Sequence record: NC_047838.1 | Reading direction: 5' to 3' (one strand) | Length of the DNA: 64,000 bases | Part shown: positions 28,501 to 36,300 of the stretch, one piece after another | How positions within the stretch are numbered: the stretch's first letter is position 1 | Layout of the letters: each line of letters begins with the position of its first letter | The notes under the pieces: model-generated | What the model saw: the letters and a program-made list of their open reading frames with translations, nothing else | Told to the model about the DNA's origin: nothing | The model's database searches: none | Position numbers and translations under genes: made by a program

Positions 28501-28773
28501 TTTAGACCTACGGGAGTAAACTCTGAGGGTGTTGGTATCGGAACTTCACATATAACAAGAGTGTTTGTGAACGTTGACAACAACTTCCCATATGGAGTTG
28601 GTATTCAAACATCAAACTCTTTTGGTGAATTTAGTTGGGGTAAGATTCAACTTTCCTCTAGATCTAAAGTGACTTCATACTCCGCATTCACACTTGGCGG
28701 TGTTGGTGGAATTACAACCTCCACATTCGTCCAAAGATCGAAAGCGTTGAAGTTCAAAAATTATGACATCTAA
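16570..28773 (+). CDS. gp7: Giant baseplate wedge/virion protein (gp7-like, 4067 aa)
   Basis: Between gp6 and gp8; FIKQSKDFYLSKGT, RVQDSDYYQTFAYSI; many GxGY and VGIGT repeats. Confidence 0.75.
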   Translation: MSEKRIQINSVVKNQVPQYVREDYPLVTEFLKQYYISQEFQGAPLDLIQNIDKYVKIDETTNLTSHVGLGTVINAYESTINIDLGKFPTGTDGFPDSYGLLKIDDEIITYTGKTRSAFTGCVRGFSGITSYTSPSNPEELVFDTSVGVAHTFGAKVENLSNLFLKKFLSKTKNQLLPGLEDRPFDSQLNEKVFIKQSKDFYLSKGTDKSFEILFKALYAENAKIVRPGEFLFTPSNAQYNVTNDLVVEPITGDPSNLELMTLFQDAFGDTERAYAPVSSVEEIITGTGQTFYRLSVDAGYNKDIRVDGSTYGAFTVQPKTRVIGNVGIGLTVLDVDSTVGFGTSGTLRVTFDDNTVGIVSYKSKSLTQFFNITGIGKTILDSTIVGVNTFAYGKSKNDINETIQVRINSVINDCEHPGAYQQGKNDTILIKTLGIGNTTFKYKNWYYNTAPSYTVESVSLQDASDNTYRVTLNKDHYFRVGDRLTVKASASGNKPLSTVTKIVNERSFLIKGQGLLNVSETFTVSRSLLKAESNDFPGSAVYSANVQNVYKEKYKDDIIVASSSLPFYNANSLNADSRAVVFSGTFIGDEFEIILTGDHGFYTGDALYYTPEKVEQSSTNRQTGITSTTTVLGTSLFGGNTGGEGLYFVKRITARTIKLSKSRTDIYNNKFVTLESSTPVTNNKFDLYDFRQRTLETQKLYRKFSTPIDDGTVTLTNPGFTGLLLNGVEILNYKSNDVIKYGEVRRIDVLNGGDDYDVINPPVLHVEDSVGTGVTGTVSVSGSLQEIRIIDPGFDYEEVPKIRITGGNGQGAEATASLKKVEHKISFNADLATRVGLGTTGSLPSTIGFGTFHKFKTGEKVLYISDDQTVIGGLTTNTSYFVSQVGLTTVRLHPTQVDAVSGINTIVLTSFGSGVQFLKAHKDKSVLESITVINGGENYENKKRNVFPVGINTALNTVNSVNHDFESGEIVKYTCKGTPVSGLTTDTEYYVTKVDDNNFKLSTVGVATEKDIFYRTNRHVNLTSVGVGTHFFNYPDINVSLVGKVGLASTGNTSFEASIQPIFRGQVTSVDLTANGVGYGVSEVINLERLPIVTLGVGSDAQLKPIIKNGAIDEVIVDNQGSGYVSLPDLIIDGDGVGAVLTPVTKTVGSGSTETKVIDYIKVVSGGQNYTQDETTVTVSPAGSGAQFLPILQEWRINLVERFFNTNKITSDDGFITRGVNDAYGLQYSHLYAPRPLRESLSPSDQFGNTIFRKNDIVKVNGIEVASKDHSPIIGYAYDGNPIYGPYGYSGLNGGVITQLKSGYSEDSLTKQQRPPISVFPGGFFIEDYTYKDVVDESVLDKNNGRFCVTPEFPNGTYAYFATIDDSTAQGQGAVFAGFKLPKFPYLVGDAYHSKPDEFNYRYDSNQDDFDLNGSDYCRNTVPHNLIDGNVSYPYITTPNKLTQSVDVLAVSPGKVESIGIETGGDGYKVGDTILFDNTNTQGSGAIAKVTTLKGKQVNSVSVATSSITGVEILPSSAKGDYILFADNPHNFKKFNRVLITGLSTTSSKIGGSYPVGVSSNRLTLVGVGTSSSGVGTVGATGIVTYFKVTGDLNFPQIRENDILGIGTEQVRVLNVDVLNSRIRVLRGVNGVVGASHTITSTLLEDPRKLTINAGFKTTYAPRRNRQIYFDPSESVGLGTATGVGIGSTIVFANPGAGLTRIDIPTKGIYIPYHGLETGDQLTYSPGNGSGIDVQNIVGAASTLSNNQTLFAAKISRDVIGISTVKVGLGTTGSFVGIASTQRNISTLFFTGFGTGVYHSFQTNFSVITAELRRKEVTVQTKQAHGIQGNHEVIIDVNPSISTTVTLKYNDYSRRLIANPKSFASSGVNTTTNTITISGHGYVTGQKVLHTASNPAEGLSDNAIYYIVRVDDDSFKLTNTRYDSTLGKPQVVGITSVSSGTINLINPQIDVIKDSTVEFDLSDSSLAYTAQGISYPAFQLNFYLDNQHTKIWNTSFTNKTFEIARSGKVGVDTDAKVTLTVNSDIPQQLYYKFDTVDESDVPLVKSGIVTDTDVTSYNQINVKESLYNGRYAVSVAATNSFNYYVEETPERVSYAGTTSKLSYITDCTHTTGAINAFTIQNGGVNYYSLPGISTIVGVGTSSTGSGAIISVASTSIGQIKKTIINDIGFDFPSDTTLKPSTAIPQIVTIESLNSFESIGITSNGRGYTVAPKLVVVDGKTKKQVKDVDIGYTIGDSNVTIFKNTFGINNVLPSIIPTSNSNGVGIRTVGFNTVTKDVTIGIDTGFSSGSTFPFVVGDKVLIEGVSIGIGSTGLGYNSEEFEYKLFELTAVDANVGGLGSVTYNMSGDIPSGLTTPGSYDAPNSVGARIIPERFFPNFDIRLQQNNFFNGETVKSKSASGTVEFWDDKTNTLRISSVDTFVTDEIIRGSTSRTEGVATEVRSYESYLKMGATSEVLKGHQNDSGFLNANMQRVQDSDYYQTFAYSINSRIPFDTWDDVVSSTNHTIGYKKFADYQLESTASINVGLATDVSYFDQVNELVGVADLNCVYDFDLVSENFLNVGSKVLSTEVRFANRILQDFLESVGNRVLSIDDVSSQFNSNPRATKFSIANTFALSSRRAMKYITYVRDTRYTAQRQLMIVDLIHDGSRGYINQYGRVESTYDQGSFDFTISGTEGQLQFFPTKFSVNDYQIAAISYNLDDNLLSTGSTSIGGVTLIESDSTTIGVGVGTTAIVSIANTHNSVKVMLEITPDINNTSEFEFNNLNVVHNGTDIEILEYGQLNTSLTGDADVGLGTYSAAFVGSNLEIRFHPRSGVGIGTTGVINTIQVGLATAGITGIGTVDMKHARIEGRTTSISSSGTPGIHTVASYPDTYDVAYFVAQVADTSNNQYEMAEIIVVDDFESGGSTQETYDTEFGEVGTSVGLGTFGTRVSAAGTTELMFTPAASINTVVNVYMNAIRHEDDAKDNIDFTNALIESGFATYEGTERDIKRAFELKHETDNIFDRSFEGNNSDIVNTTTNTITLPNHFFVTGEKITYNHAGAGTSQAIGIASTSFVGVGTTSLLPGNLFVVKVNDDEIKVASSAQNALKAIPEVVDLTSVGIGTSHRFTAINQNAKGIIALDNMIQSPIVSTAVTTTLADQMFSTDDTLKLAGITSIKGSDLLKIGDEIIRVDGVGIGSTNALTLRRGWMGTGVAYAATGALVTKVVGNYNIVDNVLHFVDAPFGNTPIGTDTNPPDARDFQGISTSSSFQGRIFLRSGVEDSSNETYHKNYIFDDISNQFNGSQKEFTLKQNGSDVTGIATETGVILVSDIFQTPGSTNQYTMSENAGITSISFVGSAVSNTSDIRTSTVPVGGVIVSVGSTEGFGYQPLVAAGGTAAVSIAGTIQSISIGNSGSGYRPGAQTVNVGVATTSLTGSNRLNIGTASISGGHIVSVAITNPGTGYTSTEPPVVIFDDPISYSDIPLVYSSTSAGLGTGAKIDIVVGQGSSVIDFEIRNTGYGYGNNETLTVSIGGTVGIPTDTTKTFQEFQITVDDIATDEFTGWSVGELQVMDNIEQFINGSRTNFPIELNGVVTSIVAGKGSKVNVQDVLLVFVNNILQVPGKGYIFNGGSQIEFTEAPKIGDSVEIIFYKGTGAQDVVLREVLETVKQGDTLQLQSDDQFLDEDVRSVDLVTGTDVAQTNTYSGPGNIQNTALLRPVIWCRQTEDKFINEQEVGKDREIYEPLVSPTAHIIKNVGVGSTAIYVDTLRPLFNVFNEVEDKSNLLFQDKVKFITQEDKVSAAGTALVSAAGTITSVAISTGGVGYSTAQVSFASTAAGIGIGTTTTALGTVTIGAAGTITGVAITNPGLGYTQTNPPLVLFSPPTRGVEENKVVSYIGDSGVIVGFGTTSVGIGTTQFILDLHIPSDSFLRNAGLTTGVVSAAITASSLSAGDYFVVFGSNVGSATTSITALDSSGATVGIGTSHIDNVYQVASSETVFRPTGVNSEGVGIGTSHITRVFVNVDNNFPYGVGIQTSNSFGEFSWGKIQLSSRSKVTSYSAFTLGGVGGITTSTFVQRSKALKFKNYDI

Positions 28774-28779
28774 TCATAA

Positions 28780-28785
28780 TAAATA
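28780..28785 (+). promoter_or_regulatory. T4-type late promoter
   Basis: AATAAATA upstream of gp8. Confidence 0.65.
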
Positions 28786-28803
28786 AAGAAAAATCTATGT
28801 CCA

Positions 28804-30357
28804 ATGGCTGCAATAATTACTGATCAGATTAGGATATTAAATGCGAAGAATTTTGTAAGTGGTGTTACCGCATCAACAAATGCATATTATTCCTTCATCG
28901 GACTGACCAACGCCACTGACTTTCTTTCGACATGGGATCAAGATCCCCCCTCACCAAAAGATAATTTTGATGAGGAGAATCAATATTGGGATTCGATGGT
29001 TGCTCTCAAGAAGATCAACTCTCAAGATGTAAGGCAAGTTGTTACTAAGAGAAGTTGGTCCTCTGGAACCACTTATGACATGTATCGTCATGATTATAGC
29101 AGATCTAATACTGCTAAAGTAAGTGGTGCTACAAACTTATATTCTGCATCTTACTTTGTTATTAATAGTGACTTTAGAGTATATGCTTGTTTGCAAAATG
29201 GAACGACTCCTGACACTCCAAATGGAAAACCATCTTTAGATGAACCAACCTTTACAGATCTTGAACCAAGATCTGCAGGAACTAGTGGTGATGGATATGT
29301 TTGGAAATACTTGTATTCCATCAAACCTAGTGAGATTGTAAAATTTGAAGCAACTGACTTTATGCCAGTTCCTCAAGACTGGGCAACTGGAACTGAAAAT
29401 GCAGCGGTTAGAGATAACGCTGTAGATGGTTCAATCAAAATTGCTACCATCACAAATAGAGGTGCGGGTGTTGGTCCTGTAGGTGCAACAAGATATGCCA
29501 ACGTTCCCATCAAAGGTGATGGAACTGGAGCAGAATGTACAATCGTTACCACTAACGATCAAAGAATTGATTCTATCACGATCACTAATCAGGGATCTGG
29601 ATACACCTTTGCTAATGTTGATTTAGTCGGTGGTAATGTTCCAACTGGCACAACTAGACCAACCTTTGACGTAATCATTTCTCCAACTGGTGGTCATGGT
29701 GCGGACATCTATAGAGAACTGGGTGCTACAAACGTTCTTCTTTATTCTAGAATTGAAAACGATATTGAGAACCCTGACTTTATTACAGGAAACCAAATTG
29801 CTAGAGTTGGTATCGTAGAGAATCCAAGAACCACAGATAATTCTCTTCTGTCAGCAGATAAAGCAAGTGCTGTTGGTGCTCTTAGATTAGCAGGTGCAGG
29901 ATACAGTTCTGCAACTTTCACAGCAGACTCTTACTTTACTCAAACTGTTTCTACTGGCACAACTGCTCAAGGAAGAGTTATTAATTATAATCAAACAACA
30001 GGTGTTTTAAAATATTGGCAAGATAGAACTGTAGCAGGTTTCAACACCGTTGGAACTGCACAAACATCTCCAACATACGGATACGATTTAACTGAGTTTA
30101 CATCTGCTCCTGGCACGGGTGGCAGTTTGACAATCACTCCTACTTCAGGAGTTGATTTGCAGATTGATTCAAACTTCAGCGGTATCCAAACCACAATAAA
30201 TAGTAGGACATATAATCTTGGTCTTACTTTTACGGATGGTATTGCTCCTGCAGAAGTGAAAAAATATGCAGGAAACATCGTATACGTTGACAACAGACCT
30301 TCTATTACAAGGTCAGCTAACCAAAAAGAAGATATCAAAATTGTTTTGCAGTTCTAA
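28804..30357 (+). CDS. gp8: Baseplate wedge subunit gp8
   Basis: WSSGTTYDMYRHDY, VYACLQNG, DGYVWKYLYSI, GNIVYVDNRPSITRSANQKEDIKIVLQF. Confidence 0.9.
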   Translation: MAAIITDQIRILNAKNFVSGVTASTNAYYSFIGLTNATDFLSTWDQDPPSPKDNFDEENQYWDSMVALKKINSQDVRQVVTKRSWSSGTTYDMYRHDYSRSNTAKVSGATNLYSASYFVINSDFRVYACLQNGTTPDTPNGKPSLDEPTFTDLEPRSAGTSGDGYVWKYLYSIKPSEIVKFEATDFMPVPQDWATGTENAAVRDNAVDGSIKIATITNRGAGVGPVGATRYANVPIKGDGTGAECTIVTTNDQRIDSITITNQGSGYTFANVDLVGGNVPTGTTRPTFDVIISPTGGHGADIYRELGATNVLLYSRIENDIENPDFITGNQIARVGIVENPRTTDNSLLSADKASAVGALRLAGAGYSSATFTADSYFTQTVSTGTTAQGRVINYNQTTGVLKYWQDRTVAGFNTVGTAQTSPTYGYDLTEFTSAPGTGGSLTITPTSGVDLQIDSNFSGIQTTINSRTYNLGLTFTDGIAPAEVKKYAGNIVYVDNRPSITRSANQKEDIKIVLQF

Positions 30358-30363
30358 AGAATT

Positions 30364-33300
30364 ATGCCACAGCAGACGAACCTCAACGTAGCACCATATT
30401 TTGATGACTTTGACCCGGTAAATGATTACCATAGGGTGCTGTTTAAACCTGGATATCCAGTTCAGGCAAGAGAATTAACCACTCTTCAATCGATTCTGCA
30501 AAATCAAGTCGAAAGATTTGGTCAGCATTTCTTTAAAGAAGGTGCAAAAGTAATTCCTGGTAATACAGGTTATAACAGAATATATTATTGCATTCAGTTA
30601 GTCAATACTTTTCAAGGTGTTCCTGTTGCAGCATATGCTGAGCAATTAGTAGGAACTAAAATTACAGGTCTTACTTCGGGTGTAACTGCATTCGTTGATA
30701 GTGTTCTTCTCCCCGAAGATTCAGAAAGAGGAAATCTTACTCTTTATATCAACTATCTTGACTCAAGCAGCACTAACAATTCTACTCAGACATTTAGTGA
30801 TGCTGAGGAATTGGCATGTAATGAAATTATCACGTCTGGTCTTTTAGGAAACAGCACCATTTCTGTTGGTGCTCCTTTTGGACTAACACTTTCTAATGAA
30901 GCAGCACAAACTGGATCATCATTCCAGATTCAAAATGGTGTTTACTTTATTAGAGGAAACTTTGTAAACGTTGACACAGAGACTTTACTTCTTGATCAGT
31001 ACGGAACCACCCCCAGTTATAGGATTGGTCTGTTTGTTAGCGAAGAGATTATTACAGCAGACTTAGATGAAACTCTTAATGACAACTCTCAGGGTTTTAA
31101 TAACTATGCTGCTCCAGGTGCAGATAGACTCAAGATTAGCACCTCCCTGATTAAAAAATCTCTTGATGACCTCGATGATGGTTCATTTGTTGAATTAGCA
31201 ACTGTAGTCAACGGTGTTTTAAGAACAAAGACTGTTAAAGGTGGTCTTGGTGGAGGAGTCGGATATAAAGATTGGACTGATGTTCTTGCAAGAAGAACTT
31301 TTGCAGAATCGGGTGATTACTATGTGACACCCTTTGATGTCACCATGAAAGAGTCCCTAAATGATAATCTGGGGAATGGTGGTGTCTATAATGCTGGTCA
31401 ATTTACATATGGAGGTTCTGTTCCATCTGATGATCTAGCTCTTTACAGATTGTCTGCAGGTAGAGCATTTGTCAGAGGTTATGATATTGAAACTCTGAAT
31501 GCTACTTATCTTGACGTTGATAAACCAAGAACGACTAAGACGATTGAAGATCAATCTGTAATTTACAATACAGGACCAACACTCAAACTTGATAATGTTC
31601 ATAGAACACCCTCTGTTGGTATTGGTAGCACTTATGTTTTAAGTCTTAGAGATCAGAGAGTTGGAACAAGTGCAGAAACTGCTCCTGGAAATGAAATTGG
31701 TTTAGCAAGAGTTTACGATTTCAGAATTGAATCTGGTGCTTATGATACTGCAAATGCTGATTTAAACCAGTGGGGAATTTCTCTTTATGATGTTCAATCT
31801 TTCACCACACTTACATTAAACCAGGCACACACGCTTTCCGTTCCAACGTTTGTTAAAGGACAAAGAAGTGGTGCTACTGCGTTCATTAGATCCGCAGTAT
31901 CCGACAGTAAGACTGTTACTTTGTATGAAACTCAAGGTGAGTTTATTAAGAATGAACCACTTTTCTTTGATGGAATTTTAGATGGTAGAATTGCTATCGC
32001 TGCAACTGCTCATGGTATCGGTGATGTAAAATCTGTATTTGGAACTACAGACAGTACTACAGGAATTCATACTTTTAGTGCAGATACCGTTCAGTCAGTC
32101 GCTCTTGACGTTGGTGTTGCAAGAATTACCCCAAGAGATCAAGGCGGAATCAGCACAGTAACCAGCACTAATCCCCTGTTTCCAGGAACAGCAATTAAAC
32201 TGAATAGTCTGATTCAATATAGTGATCTTGCATCGGTCGTGGGAGATGATAATGATCCCATCGCAGGAAGAGTCGTTAGCGTCGGATCATCTCATATTGA
32301 GTTTGTAGGTGTTGCTACTGTTACTGGTATTTTTGGTGGTAAGTTGCCATCATCAAATACCGATGTAAATGATTTCAAAGTCCTTACTACACCACTTGAT
32401 CCATCAACTGATAACACTCTCTACACACCTCTTCCAAAAGAAAATATTGAAAGTGTAAATCTTACTGACGCTATTCTGACAATCAGAAAGACCTTCAACG
32501 TTAATATTGCTAGTAATAAATTATCAAGCGCAATCACCGCTGATGATAATGAGGTGTTCTTGCCATTTACCCCCTCAAGATATTCTCTTATCAGAGAAGA
32601 TGGAACCACAGAAGAATTAACTGCTGATAAGTTCACAATCACTTCACCTGGTGGTAAGAGCACACTTCAGATTAATGGTCTTGGATCTAACGATACTGGA
32701 TCTACTCTGATTGCAACCATCAGAAAGAGAAAACCAAAAGCAAAAATTAAAGTAAGAAATAGAGTTCAATCTATTATTGTTGATAAGTCTAAAAATGTTG
32801 GATCTGGTATTGGAACCACAACTCTGAATGATGGACTGACTTACGGAAATTATCCATTTGGTACTAGAGTTCAAGACGAAAGAATTTCGTTAAATGCACC
32901 AGATGTAATTGAGATTCATGGTATTTTTGAGTCCGCAGATACATCTAATCCCTCATCACCAACTCTTACTCTGCAATCAATTACTAGTGCCTCTGCCACA
33001 ATTGATGAGTTTACTATTGGAGAATCTGTTGTAGGACAGGACTCAGGTGCGATTGGTATTATCGCAGAGAAGACTTCTGTGTCTGATTCTAAGATTGCAA
33101 TTCTTTATAAGAACGATATTTTGTTTAGAGAGGGTGAGACTATCATCTCATCTGAAACTAATATTAGCGCAATTGTAAACACAGCAGATGCATCGAGTTT
33201 TGATGTTTCTACTAATTTTACGTTTAACAATGGGCAAGAGAATACCTTCTATGATTATGGATCAATTAAAAGAAAGTCAGATTCATCAGAACCTACCAGA

Positions 33301-36300
33301 AAATTAAGAATCTACTATAAGAGTGCTTCATACGATAGCACCGATGATGGTGACATCACCACAGTTGCTTCTTACGATAATTTTGATTATTCATCGGAAA
33401 TTGGAATTGTTGGTGATTCTGGAAACTCTGATATCATCGACATCAGACCAAGAGTAAGTTCTATTGCAACTGTTTCTGAGGGAGATAGATCTCCCCTTGA
33501 ATTCCTTGGTAGAGTATTTACTGGATCTGGCGATTCTGCTCAAAATATTTTAGCGTCAGATGAATCTCTGTTTATTGATTTCTCATATTATCTTGGAAGG
33601 GTTGATAGAGTTTTTCTGACAAAAGATGGCAAATTCCAAGTTAAATATGGAGTACCTTCTGACAGACCAGAACCACCTGATGTTGTTGATGACGCTATTG
33701 AAATCTGCGAAATAACTCTTCCACCATATCTCTATAATGTTGTTCAAGCTTCGTTGAAGTTTAACACTCATAAGAGATATCGTATGCAAGATATCTACAA
33801 ACTTGAGGATAGAATCAAGAATCTTGAGTATTATACATCACTCTCGATGCTTGAAACAAACACAGCAAATCTTTTTGTTGCTGATGCCGATGGATTGAAT
33901 AGATTTAAGTCTGGTTTCTTTGTAGATAACTTTACTTCATTTAAACCTCAGGAAGAGAGACTTCCTATTAAAAATAGTATTGATGCTGAGAAGAAAGAGT
34001 TCAGACCAACTCATTATACAAACTCAGTAGATCTAATTCAAGGACCTGTTGTCAATAATGACACAACTGCTGACCTAAATTTTGCAACGATTGAGGGCAA
34101 TAATGTAAGAAAGCAAAGTGATGTCATTACTCTTGACTATGCTGAAGTTGAGTGGTTAAAGCAATCATTTGCTACCAGAACTGAGAGTGTAACTCCATTC
34201 TTGATTAGTTTCTGGAAGGGTTCTATGGAACTTACTCCAGCATCTGATACCTGGGTTGATACCGCAAGAATGAAGGCAAAGGTTATCGATGTTGAAGGTG
34301 ATTATGCATCAACTCTTGAGTTGCTTGCAAGAACTGAGAATGTTGATCGTCAAACAGGAATGGCACCCATAGTTTGGAATGCCTGGGAAACAAACTGGAC
34401 TGGAACCACAGTAACAAATACTACACGTAGAAGAGCTACTAGTTCCTCCTCCACTTTCGGAATGGGTGGTTGGGCTAACAATTTTAGTGGTGGATTTGGT
34501 AACCCTGCACGTAGAATCAGAAGAACTGATACTAGAGTATTTGAAGATACGCTTCAGACCACAGTTCAGACTGGAGTTATGTCCAGATCTGGCACCAGAA
34601 CCGTTGTTACTGAACAGTTTGATAGAGAGTCTGTTGGCGATAGAGTCGTTAGTAGAGATATTGTTCCATTCATGAGATCTAGAAACGTTGAGTTTGTTTC
34701 TAAGAGAATGAAACCTCTCACAAGAATGTACGCATTCTTTGATGGAGAAGATGTTACTAGATTCTGTGTTCCAAAACTTCTTGAAATCAGCATGGTTTCA
34801 GGATCATTTACAGTTGGTGAGACTGTAACTGGAAGAGTTAATAGAACTGGATTAGATCAAGATACTGGTAATACTGCTGCAAGTATTACATTTAGAGTGG
34901 CACAATCAAATCATAGGGAAGGTCCTTATGATGTTCCTACAGCAACATTTAGAGAAAATCCTTACAACAATACGCCGTTGTCAGGAGCATACTCTTCAAC
35001 TTCGGAAATCTTGAATGTAGATACATTCTCACTTTCCGCTGAAGCACAAGGTGAGTTCTTCGGATTTGTTGCCCCAGGAATGGTTCTTACTGGAGGATCA
35101 AGTGGAGCACAAGCAACTATCACAGATGTTAGACTCATCTCTGATCTTGCTGCTAACTTGACTGGTAGTTTCTTTATCCCCGATCCAAACTCAACATCAT
35201 TCCCAGAATTTGAGACGGGTTCTAAGAACTTTACTCTTACAAATGATCCAGACAATAATCAAGATCTCTGCAATACAATTGCAGAAGAAACATACACCGC
35301 ATCAGGAACTCTTGAAACAGTTCAAGAGAACATTCTTTCTATTAGAAATGCAAGAGTTGAGCGTAGACAGCAATTCCAAGAAAGAAATGTTAACCGTGAT
35401 CTTGGAACACAAGTTGTTGGATCAAGGCAAGTTGGTGGTTCTGTAAGAGAAGAGATTATTGGATGGTATGACCCTCTTGCACAGTCTTTCCTTGTAGAAG
35501 ATGACACCGGGGTCTTCTTGACCAAGTGCGATGTCTTCTTTGCAACTAAAGATGACATGGATATTCCTGTGGTCTTCCAGTTGAGAACTATGGAAAATGG
35601 TCTTCCAACTCAGAAGATTATTCCTTTCTCAGAGATTGTAATCGCTCCTGAGGATATTACAACATCTGCAGATGGTTCTGTTGCTACATCAATTGAATTC
35701 AAAGCACCTGTGTATCTTGAAGGTGGAAATACTGAATATGCCATCTGTTTAGCATCTAACTCCACCAAATATAGTGTTTACATCTCACGTATTGGTGAAA
35801 ATGATCTGCTGTCAGACACCTTTATTTCCAACCAACCATATCTCGGATCTCTATTCAAATCGCAAAACGCATCAACCTGGGAACCAAGTCAGTGGGAAGA
35901 TCTCAAGTTTACTCTTTATAGAGCAGACTTTATTGAAAGTGGATCTGTAGAATTCTATAGCCCTGAATTAACTAAGGGTAATCAGATGATTCCAAGACTC
36001 TTACCTGATTCTCTTGTCCTTAATTCTAAAAAAATTAGAGTTGGACTTGGAACCACAACTGGAGATACTGGATATGAAATTGGCAATACCTTCTTCCAAT
36101 TAGGAACTCAAGCAAGTGCTGATTTAGTAGGTGTTGCTGCATCTGCTACCGGACTTTCAGTTGCTAACCCAGGTATCGGTTACACTCCATCTACGGGGTC
36201 TAGAACCTTCTCTAGCGTCAATCTTGTAACACTTAGTGGTAATGGACGTGGTGCTGTTGCAGACGTGTTTGTGAACGCTGGAGCAATCGGTGTAGCAACC